64,000 nucleotides of DNA from Octopus sinensis. Taxonomy: Eukaryota. Shown one piece after another: positions 26,100-38,922 of the stretch. Both the position numbers and the translations under genes were made by a program. The DNA lies in assembly GCF_006345805.1 (NCBI RefSeq), contig NC_042998.1, positions 5,642,001 through 5,706,000 on the forward strand. The letters run 5' to 3'. Position 1 is the stretch's first letter; every line of letters starts with the position of its first letter. The notes beneath the pieces were generated by a model. The model was not told the DNA's origin. It did no database searches and worked only from the letters and a program-made list of their open reading frames with translations.

Positions 26100-26680
26100 A
26101 CTCTTCTACTCTTTTACCTGTTTCAGTCATTTGACTGCGGCCATACTGGAGCACCACCTTTTAGTCGAGGAAATCGACCCCAGGACTTATTCTTTGTAAG
26201 CCTAGGACTTATTCTTTGTAAGCCTAGTACTTATTCTATCAGTCTCTTTTGCCGAACCGCTAAGTTACAGGGACATAAACACACCAGCATCGGTTGTCAA
26301 GCGATGTTGGTGGTGGGGAAACACAGACACATAAACACACACACATATATATATATAGATATATATGACAGGCTTCTTTCAGTTTCCATCAGTCTCTTTT
26401 GCCGAACCGCTAAGTTACAGGGACATAAACACACCAGCATCGGTTGTCAAGTGATGTTGGTAGTGGGGAAACACAGACACATAAACACACACACACACAC
26501 ATATATATACATATATACGACAGGCTTCTTTCAGTTTCCATCTACCAAATCCACTCACAAGGCTTTGGTCTACCCAAGGCTATAGAAGAAGACACTTACT
26601 CAAGGTGCCATGCAGTGGGACTGAACCCAGAACCATGTGGTTGGTAAGCAAGAGCTACTTACCACACAGCCACTCCTGCA
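26100..26680 (-). mobile_element. SINE family A with a ~150-bp internal tandem duplication
   Basis: atcagtctcttttgccgaaccgctaag...cagtttccatc occurs at about 26238 and about 26388. ggacttattctttgtaagccta is also doubled. Confidence 0.88.
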
Positions 26681-27321
26681 CACTATAAAGATTGCATTGT
26701 ACCCTACAAGGCTAAATAGTTCTCCCTATGCTCTGTTGTTCCCATTTGTCTATGGCAGACATTGCCATATTATAAGTATGAAAAGGATGGCTCAGACAGA
26801 GTGAATAGGACAAAAGGGGAGGGAGAAATGGAAGAGAGACAATGATTGGCAGCTTCATGCTTTAAGGTGGTGTAGCAAGGAAAAGAGGAGTAGTGGTGTT
26901 GGGAACGGTAATATAAATTAACACTGGGTAGAGTGTTCTAAGTGTGATAGGGGAGAGAGTAAGGTAAGAAAGAGTGAAATGTTGTAGTCAGCAATGTGTG
27001 GTCCCTGAAAATATGATGTGATAGTCCAGCTGGAATAATTTTTACACTGCTTCATGATTGATCTGATAATCAACATGGACGTTTTATTGTTCTGTTAGCA
27101 ACGCAACATCCTGTCCATTTCACTTCAAGTGATTCACAAAAACACAAGAGCAGTAGACCAAAATAAAATAGTAATCTAATTTGATGACAGTATCAAAGAA
27201 AACAATATCGAATTCACAGGGAAAAAATAATTGAAAAGCCCATCTACATATCATATTCAATCTTCTATTGTTTATATAGCAGGAAGCCCAAATATATACA
27301 TATATACCTATATACATATAT

Positions 27322-27364
<43 letters not shown>

Positions 27365-27366
<2 letters not shown>

Positions 27367-28072
27367 GTTTTATCTTTTATTTGTTTCAGTCATTAGACTG
27401 TGGCCATGCTGGGGCACCACCTTGAAGAACATTTTAGTTGAACGAATCAACCCCACTACTTCACTTTTTTTAAAGCTTGGTCTCTTTTCTATTGGTCTTC
27501 TTTGCAAAACTGCTAAGATATGGTAACATAAACACACTATGCAGTGGTGGGAGACAAACACACACGCACGCACACGCACACACACACACACACATACACA
27601 CACACACTCACACACATGCATGCATGCATGCACACATATATACACGACAAGCTTCTTTCAGTTTCTTATTTCTTTATAGCCCACAAGGGGCTAAACATAG
27701 AGGGGACAAACAAGGATAGACAAACGGATTAAGTCGATTACATCGACCCCAGTGCGTAACTGGTACTTATTTCATCGACCCCGAAAGTATGAAAGGCAAA
27801 GTCGACCTCGGTGGAATTTGAGCTCAGAACGTAAAGACGGACGAATTACCGCTAAGCATTGTTGTCTGGTATGCTAAAGTTTCTACCAGGTCGCCACGTT
27901 CTTTCAGTTTTTGCCTACCTATTCCACTCATGAGGCTATAGTAGAAGTCTTCTATTGTCTTTAACTATAGCACCCAATGCTATAGTAGAAGACACTTACC
28001 CAACATGCCACACACTGGGACTGAACCCGGAAGCATGTGGTTGAGAAGCAAGCTTCTTACCACACAGCCACC
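27365..28072 (-). mobile_element. SINE family A (diverged) split by a family B SINE
   Basis: Family A halves at 27365-27664 and 27899-28072. Confidence 0.8.
27665..27898 (-). mobile_element. SINE family B with 12-bp TSD
   Basis: TSD ttctttcagttt at 27653-27664 and 27899-27910. Confidence 0.88.
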
Positions 28073-28454
28073 ACACTTTCTGCAATGTAAACAGAAGTTC
28101 CACCTCAGTCTCTCATTACATCTAAAGCTTGCTGCTCAGTGCATGTAGAGCATCTGAAGAGTCAAGGAATTCTAATCCATCTCTCCTTACACTGAGAACA
28201 GGTATGGGCAACCCCTTTTTCATGACAGGAACCACATGACTCTTACCTTATTATCAGCCGGGCTGCACAACTAAAAATTAACTTTTTTGCCAAGCATACC
28301 ATTTAGAAAGTTCCTTGGGCCATACTTTTCCCAGTCCATATGGCGCTTGTAGGTCCATATAAGATTTTGTTGTTACAATTTATCAGCAATAAATTGGTTA
28401 TACTTCTACAATACACAGAATATTTTACCTTTTTTATACAATTCCTAATCGTAT

Positions 28455-28870
28455 TTATTCTTTTATTCTTTTACTTGTTTCAGTCATTTGACTGCAGCCA
28501 TGCTGGAGCACCGCCTTTAGTCGAGCAAATCGACCCCAGGACTTATTCTTTGTAAGCCCAGCACTTATTCTATCGGATCCCTTTTTTGCCGAACCACTAA
28601 GTGATGGGGACGTAAACACACCAGCATCGGTTGTCAAGCAATGCTAGGGGGACAAACACAGACATACAAACACACACACACACATATATATATATACATA
28701 TATACAACAGGCTTCTTTCAGTTTCCGTCTACCAAATCCACTCACAAGGTTTTGGTCAGCCCGGGGCAATAGTAGAAGACACTTGCCCAAGATGCCACTC
28801 AGTGGGACTGAACCCGGAACCATGTTGTTGGTAAGCAAGCTACTTACTACACAGCCACTCCAGCACCTAT
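28455..28870 (-). mobile_element. SINE family A, full length
   Basis: Complete family A match. Confidence 0.9.
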
Positions 28871-29102
28871 ATAATTATATAAATAAAATACAATTTTTTT
28901 TTATATAGATGCAGGCATGGCTGCATACTAAGAAGCTTGCTTTACAACCACAATGTTCCAGGCTGAGTCCCATTGCATAGCAGCTTGGGTAAGTGTCCTC
29001 TACTAAAGCCTTGGGCCAACCAAAGCCTTGTGAGTGGAATTGGTAGATTGAAACTGAAAGAAACCCGTTGTATGTATATATATATATAATGATTATAATA
29101 AT

Positions 29103-29143
<41 letters not shown>

Positions 29144-29204
29144 TAATAATAATAACAATAATAATAATAACAACAATAATAATAACAATAATAATAATAA
29201 TAAT

Positions 29205-29234
<30 letters not shown>

Positions 29235-29236
<2 letters not shown>

Positions 29237-29454
29237 TTTTTTTAAATATTCAGACAAATACATAACAAAAACACCAGGACTTACAAACACATATAACATA
29301 CAGAAAATTGCACTACTAGGCACTGCACACATCCTACACAGAACACTTTCCATACAATAACCATCAGAGCATCACAACAAATCACAGCACATACCCAAGG
29401 CACACAGAGCTGTGCTCGGTAGTGAAGTGAAAGCACGCTATTAAAATAAAACTA

Positions 29455-29460
<6 letters not shown>
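29235..29460 (+). mobile_element. Second R4/Dong-clade LINE 3' end between (AAT)n arrays
   Basis: KYSDKYITKTPGLTNTYNIQKIALLGTAHILHRTLSIQ*. AAT arrays at about 29095-29230 and 29459-29485. Confidence 0.8.
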
Positions 29461-29489
<29 letters not shown>

Positions 29490-29544
29490 CAACAACATCG
29501 AAAAATACCTTAGGAATGAGAACCCAGGTTAGAAATTTCCACAA

Positions 29545-29590
29545 AACACCTGGTGAAGGCTGGAGGGTATATCAGCCGAAACATTGTGTT
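29545..29590 (+). ncRNA. Minimal hammerhead-like motif in the module shared with 12727-12892
   Basis: aacac CTGGTGA a ggctg-gagggtatat-cagcc GAAAC ATT gtgtt, within the homologous block 29490-29642. Confidence 0.55.
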
Positions 29591-29749
29591 AACAACAAGC
29601 AAGATGAGGACAAATATCCATCAAATGTAAATAATGTAAATAAAATATATTCACCTCTCATACTTCCAGACATTTTATAGCTTATATATATATACATCGG
29701 TGTGTGTGTGTGTGTGCATATGCGCATGTGTATATTATATATATATATA

Positions 29750-31940
29750 AATCACTGCAGAGATGCTCAAAATGTCTGGTAGTGTCGGCTATAGCCTAAT
29801 CACCCATATAGTTAATCAGGTGATACACAAAGGGGTCATACCCAATGACTGGTGTAGCAGTATAATAGTCAACTGCTACAAAGGTAAAGGTGATGCCCTA
29901 GATACAAATAACTACAGAGGTATCAAGCTGTTGGACCAGGTGATGAAGGTTACGGAGAGGGTCATAGCCCAACTAATTAGAGAGAGAGTTAGTTTAGATG
30001 AGATGCAGTTTGGGTTTGTGCCAGGAAAAGTACTACTGATGCTATATTCCTGGTAAGGCAGCTGCAGGAGAAATACCTAGCCAAAGATAAGCCCCTGTAC
30101 CTGGCTTTTGTTGACATGGAGAAAGCCTTCGACAAGGTCCCCCGATCCCTTATCTGGTGGGCAATGAGAAAACTAGGGATAGATGAATGGTTAGTGAGAG
30201 CTGTGCGGGCCATGTATAGGGATGCCGCTAGTAGGGTGAGGGTTGGAAATGAGTACAGTGAAGAATTCCGGGTAGAGGTAGGGGTCCACCAAGGCTCAGT
30301 ACTCAGCCCCCTCCTATTTATCATAGTCCTCCAGGCAATAACGGAGGAATTCAAGACAGGATGCCCTTGGGAGCTCCTCTATGCTGATGACCTTGCTCTA
30401 ATTGCTGAGTCGCTATCAGAACTGGAGGAGAAGTTTCAGGTGTGGAAACAAGGATTAGAATCGAAGGGTCTCAGAGTCAATCTAGCTAAAACCAAAGTCG
30501 TAATCAGTAGGAAGGTAGACAAATCACAAACACCTTCAGGTAGATGGCCCTGCTCGATCTGTAGAAAAGGTGTAGGTAGAAACTCTATAAGATGCACCAA
30601 GTGTGTAAGCTATGGACACTAAGAGATGCAGCAATGTCAAAGGAAGGCTAACTAGGAAGATGGTTTTGTATGTGGCAGATGCTCAGGAACAATAAACACT
30701 GAAAATGCTCTGAGAAAACTTCCATCACTTTCCGGGAGAAAAACTAGAAATAGTTGATAGTTTCCGTTACCTAGGTGACCAAGTCAGCAGCGGGGGCGGG
30801 TGTGCTGAAAGTGTAACTGCTAGAGTAAGGATAGCTTGGGCAAAGTTCAGAGAGCTCTTACCTCTGCTGGTGACAAAAGGCCTCTCGCACAGAGTGAAAG
30901 GCAGACTGTATGATGCGTGTGTACGAACAAGCCATGCTACATGGCAGTGAAACATGGGCCGTGACTGCTGAGGATATGCGTAAGCTCGCTAGAAATGAAG
31001 CCAGTATGCTCCGATGGATGTGTAATGCCGGTACTCACACTCGGCAGAGTGTAAGTACCTTGAGAGAAAAGCTGGACCTAAGAAGCATCAGTTGTGGTGT
31101 GCAAGAGAGACGTTTGCTCTGGTATGGTCATGTGCGAGAATGGATGAAGATAGTTGTGTGAAAAAGTGCCACACCCTAGCGGTTGAGGGACATTGTGGAA
31201 GAGGCAGACCCAGGAAAACCTGGACGAGGTGGGGAAGCACGACCCTCAAACTTTAGGTCTCACTGAGGAAATGACTAGAGACCGAGACCTCTGGAAGTGT
31301 GCTGTGCGCGAGAAGACCCGGCAGGACAAGTGAGTCCACAACCCGTGGCCTTCTACATGGGATGGAGCCAGCCTACGTATGCATACCTTCCTTTCTTGGG
31401 ACACAAAACTCTACTTGTGAAGACGTGTTGAGGCAAGTGAGGATCAGAATCGAAATCGATCAATGGAAATTGCGGATGTCTAACCAGTGCCGGTGGCATG
31501 TCGAAACTCTGCTTGTGAAGACCCATTGACGCAAGTGAGGATCAGAATCGAAATCGATCAATGGAAATTGCAGATGCGTTACCAGTGCCAGTGGCATGTA
31601 AGAGAACTTTCCGTTTCGCGACCGTTGCCAGCACCGCCCCGTTTCGTGTCCATTGCCAGCCTCGCCTGGCCCTCTGTGCCGGTGGCACATAAAAAGCACA
31701 TCCGTTCGTTCGTGGCCGTTTGCCAGCTCTGTCTGGCACCAGTGCGGGTGGCACGTAAAAAGCACCCACTACACTCACGAGGTGGTTTGTGCGTTAGGAA
31801 GGGCATCCAGCCATAGAAACACTGCCAGATTTGACTGGGCCTGATGAAGCCTTCTGGCTTCACAGACCCCAGTAGAACCGTCCAACCCATGCTAGCATGG
31901 AAAACGGACGCTAAATGATGATGATGATGATGATGATGAT
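29750..31940 (+). mobile_element. 5'-truncated RTE-clade LINE: frameshifted RT, Cys-rich domain, long repetitive 3' UTR and (GAT)n tail
   Basis: NNYRGIKLL, QFGFVPG, DMEKAFDKVPR, GVHQGSVLSPLLF, ELLYADDLAL, CSICRKGVGRNSIRCTKC, LHGSETW and GRPRKTW. Confidence 0.95.
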
Positions 31941-32134
31941 ATATGTATATATAAAGCATAGTTGTGGATGATGCTGATGTCACATAACAGGCACCCATGC
32001 TGGTGGGATGTAAAAAGCCCCCCCATTACACTCTTAGAGTGGTTGGTGTTAGGAAGGGAATCCAGACATAGAAACCATGCCACATCAGACTGGAAACTGG
32101 GGCAGATCTCCAGCCTACCAGTGTCAGTCAAACC

Positions 32135-32364
32135 TATTTCTTTACTACCCACAAGGGGCTAAACACAGAGGGAACAAACAAGGACAGACAAATGGATTAA
32201 GTCGATTACATCGACTCCAGTGCGTAACTGGTACTTATTTAATCGACCTCGAAAGGATGAAAGGCAAAGTCGACCTCGGCGGAATTTGAACTCAGAACGT
32301 AACGGCAGACGAAATACTGCTAAGCATTTTGCCCAGTGTGTTAACGTTTCTGCCAGCTCGTTTC
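32135..32364 (-). mobile_element. SINE family B with 13-bp TSD, inserted in an RTE 3' UTR fragment
   Basis: TSD tgtcagtcaaacc at 32122-32134 and 32365-32377. Confidence 0.9.
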
Positions 32365-33163
32365 TGTCAGTCAAACCGTCTAACCCATGCCAGCGTGGGA
32401 AGCAGATGTTAAATGATGATGATGACAATGATGACAGCATATATATATACACACACACTCACATATATATATATGTGACTTGCCTCTCTGGTATGTTTGT
32501 TGTTACTGGTTTATTTATGGGATCACCATGAGATTGAACCCATGTTCTCTCTGACATATGCAGTAGATCTTAACCATGTGACAGTTTATCTCAGTATCAT
32601 TTTGAGTATTGGACAAAATGCCTCATGGTATTTAGTTACACCTTTGTATGCTCTGAGTTCAACATTACTACTATCCCTTCCAGGGTCAATGAAATAAAGC
32701 ATGACTCATGTACTGAGATTCATTTAATTGGCAATTCCTTTCTTTCCAAATGTGTGGCCTTGTATCTTTGTCGAACATTATGCAATAATTTATAGCAAGA
32801 TTTATTACAATTATTCTGTTTCTATTGTTATTACTTTAGAAATTAACTGCACAAATTCAGTCACATGTTTGGCTTAACCATTTGCATTGCACATTTGAAA
32901 CATGTATCTTTATGGGATATGTAAATACCATGCTCAAATTTAGATTAACAATTGGACATAGGCATAGTTGTGTCATTATTGTATTCCTTTCATAACCAAA
33001 TATTTTCACTAAAGCCTTCATATATGTATCTCTGTAGATTTTCTAAAGAAAGGGGTCCTAACCCCAAAATATTAAAACACCAGTACCAACCATCAGCCTA
33101 TAATTTTAATTTATTTTAACTTGCATTGTTTGGGCTTTAAAAAAAATATTTAAAAACATGTAT

Positions 33164-33572
33164 ATAGGCGCAGGAGTGGCTGTGTGGTAAGTAGCTTGCT
33201 AACCAACCACATGGTTCCGGGTTCAGTCCCACTGCGTGGCATCTTGGGCAAGTATCTTCTGCTATAGCCCCGGGCCAACCAATGCCTTGTGAGTGGATTT
33301 GGTAGATGGAAACTGAAAGAAGCCTGTCGTATATATGTATATATATATATATGTGTGTGTGCATGTATGTTTGTGTGTCTGTGTTTGTCCCCTAGCATTG
33401 CTTGACAACCGATGCTGGTGTGTTTACGTCCCCGTCACTTAGTGGTTCGGCAAAAGAGACCGATAGAATAAGTACTGGGCTTACAAAGAATAAGTCCCGG
33501 GGTTGATTTGCTCGACTAAAGGCGGTGCTCCAGCATGGCCACAGTCAAATGACTGAAACAAGTAAAAGAGTA
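33164..33572 (+). mobile_element. SINE family A, full length
   Basis: Complete family A match. Confidence 0.9.
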
Positions 33573-33940
33573 TATGTGTGTATATTTATTTATTTTCCTA
33601 TACACATATATAAAATTGTTCAAGAGGACAGCAAACACTAAGGCAAGGCAAACATCTTGAGTCATATACATTATTATTATTGGAAATCCGCCATATCAGA
33701 AATCTGCAATGGCTCCATAACTACCATCTTGGCTATAACCTTGGAGCCCTAGTAATCCATTAAAGCACTTACCTAGCATACCTAATCATTCAGATTACTT
33801 GTGAACTAAATCCCCATATTGTATATATTTTTTGCTGCTGATTAAATCTGTGCTTGCGTGGAGGATTTGAAAAATTATAATATATAAGGAAGACACATGT
33901 GTTATTTGGTTTCTAATTTATATGTTAATGTTTTGTGTGT

Positions 33941-34012
33941 ATCCACTGATGAGAACTTCACCTTGCAAGTTATTTTATTTGCTAATTAAAGTTCGAAACC
34001 TGAAGTCTAGCT
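33941..34012 (+). ncRNA. Hammerhead-like motif with canonical core and decayed stem I
   Basis: CTGATGA (33946-33952), gaactt...aagttc stem II with an internal gcaa/ttgc stem, GAAAC (33995-33999), ctgaa, GTC. Stem I atcca/tagct pairs at only 3 of 5 positions. Confidence 0.45.
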
Positions 34013-34168
34013 GTAAAACATAGTAAATGTTTTTATTTTTCAATCCCTCTGAAATTGCTCTTAATGTGGTTTGGATTTTTTGACTGTTCTTTCTAGTATG
34101 TTAGGCAACCTGTTTAAGGGCTCGCCTCTTTGTGTTTAAATGTACTCTAATTATTATTATATATATAT

Positions 34169-34199
<31 letters not shown>

Positions 34200-34229
34200 C
34201 AGACACATACACATATATATATGTATATG

Positions 34230-34260
<31 letters not shown>

Positions 34261-34526
34261 ACACACAAACATACACGCACACACACACACATAAAAAAAG
34301 AAAATTATATATATATATGTTTGTGTGTGTGTGTACATTTAAGTGACAATATATGAATTCAAGTAATCTGCTAGTACTCATAAAAAAATTCCTTAATGAA
34401 TCCTTCTTCATTAATGCAGGCATGTAATTTATTATCAAATATAATAATATAAATTATCTTTACAGGCTTTAGGTTATGAAACAATTTTTTGAGACATTTG
34501 AATGTTCTTATCTTTATATATATATA

Positions 34527-34924
34527 CTAGCAGTATCACCCGGCGTTGCTCGGGTTTGTAAGGGAAATAACTATATAAGCATTTTTAGAGAGTTATAGCC
34601 AAAAATTAGCAAAAAAATGCATTAAAAATGGGAAAAAAATTATGGTAAATTTTTTTAAATCGTTGACTCATCGTAGACATTTTTAGAGAGTTAATTCCCT
34701 TATATAATAGCGAAAAAAATGCATTAAAATGGAAAAAAAATGATGATAAATTTTTTTTTAAATTGTAGACTCATCGTAGACGCGCGCTAATACCCAGAAG
34801 GGCTCGATATGAATCACGACTATAAGATACCCGGTTTTGGTTAAACTGCACCGCAAAATGTGGGAGTAGTTAGGAATCTAAATCGTAGGAGACAGACACA
34901 CAACTTGACTTTTATATATAAAGA
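34527..34924 (-). mobile_element. Non-autonomous Helitron, second copy, with an internal duplication
   Basis: A|TC...hairpin-CTAG|T on the minus strand. Both termini are nearly identical to 640-1034. Confidence 0.85.
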
Positions 34925-35179
34925 TATGTGTATATGTGTGTGTGTGTGTGTTATAAGTGTACTTATTAACCATATACATATGCACAGATATGACAATGTG
35001 ATTGAAAAGTTCATATCATAACTATGTGGCTTCAGATTCAACCCCATATTGTGTAAATTTGGGTAGATAACTTTTTCTATAGTCCTAGAGCAACCAACGT
35101 TTTACTAGAGAACTTGGTCAATCAAAATTCTACAGAAGCCCACCATGTATGTGTTTGTGTTTGTGTGTGTGTGTGTGCT

Positions 35180-36270
35180 CTTTTACTCTTTACTTGTTTC
35201 AGTCATTTGACTGCGGCCATGCTGGAGCACCGCCTTTAGTCGGACAAATCAACCCCAGGACTTATTCTTTGGAAGCCTAGAACTTATTTTATTGGTTCCT
35301 TTTGCTGAATCACTTAGTTACAGGGACATAAACACACCGACATCGGTTGTCAAGCCATGGTGGGGAGAACAATCACAGACACAGAAAACAGGCTTCTTTC
35401 AGTTTATGTCTACCAAATCCACTGACAAGGCTCTGGTTGGTCCGAGGCTAAAGTAGAAGACACTTGTCCAAGGTGCTACGCAGTGGGACTGAACCTGGAA
35501 CGATGTGGTTGGGATGCAAGCTTCTTACCACACAGCCACACCTGTGCCTATATATGCATATACACACATGTGTGTGGGTGTGCCTTCAATCGAATACTTC
35601 TGTCTTAAAAGAAATAGATTTATGTTTGATATAGACCAAGGCACACGGTCTTTTATCCTTTACTTGTTTCAGCCATGAGACTGTGGCCAGGCCTTGAAGA
35701 AATCGAGTTGAATGAAATGGCTTTGCTTTTAAGTCAGGTACTTCTTCTGTTGGTCTTTTTCGACAAACTACTACAGGAACATAAACACAATACCAGTTGT
35801 CAAACAGTGGTAGAAGACAAACACGGGCACACATGCATACATATGCACACACACATATATGCATATATATATATATATAGGAGTGGCTGTGTGGTAAGTA
35901 GCTTGTTTACCAACCACATGGTTCCGGGTTCAGTCCCACTGCGTGGCACCTTGGGCAAGTGTCTTCTACTATAGCCTCGGGCTGACCAAAGCCTTGTGAG
36001 TGGATTTGGTAGACGGAAGCTGAAAGAAGCCCGTCGTATATATGTATATATATGCGTGTGTGTGTTTGTAAGTCTGTGTTTGTCCCCCTAGCATTGCTTG
36101 ACAACCGATGCTGGCGTGTTTATGTCCCCGTTACTTAGCGGTTCGGCAAAAGAGACCGATAGAATAAGTACTGGGCTTACAAAAGAATAAGTCCCGTTGC
36201 TCGATTAAAGGTGGTGCTCCAGCATGGCCGCAGTCAAATGACTGAAACAAGTAAAAGAGTAAAGAGTAAG
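35180..36270. mobile_element. Cluster of three SINE family A copies (35180-35550 minus, about 35650-35820 minus diverged, 35878-36270 plus)
   Basis: Family A motifs in both orientations. Confidence 0.8.
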
Positions 36271-36579
36271 AGTATATATATATATATATATATATTATAG
36301 TGTATGTAAACAAACATAAGTTTGTTTTTGAAGTGCTGAAATATATTGTAGTATAAGTACAAAGATATATATTTCAACATGTAAGTACTGATAGAACGGC
36401 ATATATAGGATAAAATCCTTACAGAGCAGAACAAGAAGGGAGGAGGAAAATTTCGATTATCCCCACGTGATGAGTTGCAATTCAAAAAATAAATATATAA
36501 AAAAAAAGGAAAATGTGCTCAGTTTACATAGTTTTAATATATTTTTTAATACATTTTATAAGTGAAAGAGTATTGTATT

Positions 36580-36612
36580 TGTCAACCGGTTTCGCTTTTG
36601 CTAATCATGACA
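36580..36612 (-). ncRNA. Minimal hammerhead-like motif with A3-U8 core in the Penelope 3' pLTR
   Basis: Minus strand reads tgtc ATGATTA gc-aaaa-gc GAAAC CG GTT gaca, with a palindromic ACCGGT stem III. Confidence 0.55.
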
Positions 36613-36881
36613 TTGAAATTATTGTAATTTCGTATTTTCTTAAGAAAACTTTAGTCCATGTTGTGTGTGGAGAAGTTTGTGAATAAATGATTCAATAAGT
36701 AGAAAAATCTAAGGAGAGGTAATTGGTGATCATTATTATTGAGGACAGGGGAGGTAATTGCCCATCTTTTTATGGGTGAAGGATAAATATATATACGATA
36801 ACGTAAAAGCTAAAGTAGTGAGATGAAATATGTACATTGTATGTAATCATGAATTAAAATATATTCTGAGACCAAAGTCGG

Positions 36882-37343
36882 TTATGCATTCATATTTAGA
36901 TGTGCTCTGTATTTTTTGATGAACAGATTTTCTTTATTTAAACATTCTTGTACAGAAATTGTCTCTTTGCACTGGTAGATGGGAAAACTGAAGTTTGGTT
37001 GGATATTACTTGCACATCTTTCTATGTGTTCATTCAAAGGAATCTGTTTGTATTGCAGGAACTGGATCTGTTCCTTCTGTAGTGTGGTTCTCTGTCTCAG
37101 TGTCATGCTTGTCTGTCCTGTATAGTTATGTTCGCAACCTGAACAGGTTATAGCATAAATTAGATTCATGGAAGTAGAAGTGAAGTTGATTTTAATTGTG
37201 AACCTCTCTCCTTGTTTGAATAGGAATTCCAAGCCTTCCAGTAGGTTGGGGTATGTTCCACTGTTTAGGTATCCACATTTTTTAACCATTGGTTTCGTGG
37301 TTGTTTCATAAAGTTTCGCATTTGTCAGAAGTCTTTTCAGCAA
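36882..37343 (-). pseudogene. Penelope GIY-YIG endonuclease domain (ORF fragment)
   Basis: NLIYAITCSGCEHNYTGQTSMTLRQR...PLNEHIERC...NKENLFIKKY. Confidence 0.85.
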
Positions 37344-37822
37344 TTTGCGTTGCTCTTTGCATTTGATGAATTTATGTGTTTTTCAAAATGTTGTTCCTTT
37401 TTGGATCCCTAGTGAGCATTGGTAGATTTTCTACAATAGTGTTGTATGCCTCATTGCTATTTGGGTTATGAGGTGATATATACAGTAGTGTGTTGAGATA
37501 AGGTGTGGTGTTACGTTTTGTTACCCTTAGTATTTTAATGCCTAATATCTTAGCATGCTTAATTCCATCGTCTATAAGTGAGGTGGATATTGTCTTTCAA
37601 TTAGTGTTGTCCTGAGATCTTGAAGATGAACATCCTGAGTATTTCCATCAGACACTATTGTGCAAATCCTTTTTGCTAAATTAAAGGGAAATTTTCTTTT
37701 GATGTGCTACAGGTAGCATGAGCTACACAGGAGATATTGCTTTGAGTGTGTTGGTTTATGATAAATGTCAGTTACAATTTGGTTGTTGACTTTTCAATCA
37801 TAATATCTATGCATTTTAGGGT

Positions 37823-38922
37823 TTATATTATTTTGTATTGATTTAAATTCCAATAGTTCATCAATGGCTTCCAAATGATAAAGCAGTCATCCAGGTATCT
37901 TTTCCAGTTCTCAATTATATAATAGTGAAATGGATATCCATATTTTTGCAGTAACACTTCATATATGGTAAATTCAAAATATCCCATTATTAGGCTTGCA
38001 AGAACAGGGGCTGCTTTCGTTCCCATTGCAGTTCCACATTTTTTATGATAGTAGGTGTCATCAAATAGGAAATAATTGTTCTGAAATATAAATTTTCAAG
38101 TTTCAATTATAAAAACCTAGTTTATGCATTCTAGAAGTAGTTCGGAATACTTTTCCAGCCAGAATTTTATTGCTTCTATTCTGGGCCAGCTATAATGGGT
38201 CATAACTTTAAATCTTCTGGCACTAGGATATTTATGTATTTACCTGGTGATTGTTTGCAGGCTTCATTAACTATCTTGTTCTTATGTATTTTAGTAGGCT
38301 GTAAAAATGACTAGGTTTAAATTTAAAGTTCGTGATATAACGGATTTCTTTTTTCTGTCAGGCCTTTTCCATGTAGAAGAATTAAGGATGCAAGATTTTC
38401 CATTGCTTTTTGGTGTTTATAGTTTACAACTTTTTTGTAGAAGGTATCATTTTCTAGCATGGATAATATTAGATGATTGTAGTATTCTGTGTCCATTAGG
38501 ACTACAGCACTTCCTTTGTCTGCTTCTTTAATTGTCAGTTCTTTGTTGTTTTATAGTTTAATTAGATTTTTCCATTCTAGATTGTTGAGGTTTGGATTAA
38601 TTTTTCGCTTACGGAAAGTATTTGGGAAATTTTGGATATGGTTACAGAAGTCATCTAATGTCTTGTTCCTACCTTCAGGTGGAAGATAATTGCTTCTGTT
38701 TCTAACCAGTGATTCATTCTTGTTGCTGTAGTCAGTTAGTGCTTCTGTGAGTTGTAGTTTTCTGCAGAATTCCAAAATATTGTCTTTAATTTCATTCTGG
38801 TTAGATCTTTGTGGGGTTGGGATAAATTTTAACTCTTTAACTAGTATACTGATTTTTTGCAGAGAGAGAGTTTTCTTTGATAAATTTATTACTTTGGGTT
38901 TCTCTTGTATGTTTTGTTCCAA
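37823..38922 (-). pseudogene. Penelope RT and upstream ORF fragments (frameshifted)
   Basis: VINLSKKTLS...LKFIPTP, then GTAMGTKAAP and WKRYLDDCFIIW. Confidence 0.85.

Noticed and set aside
31846-31866. ctgatgaagccttctggct as a hammerhead core
   Set aside because: No GAAA follows stem II, and other copies of this UTR read ctggtgcagcc, so it is a chance mutation.
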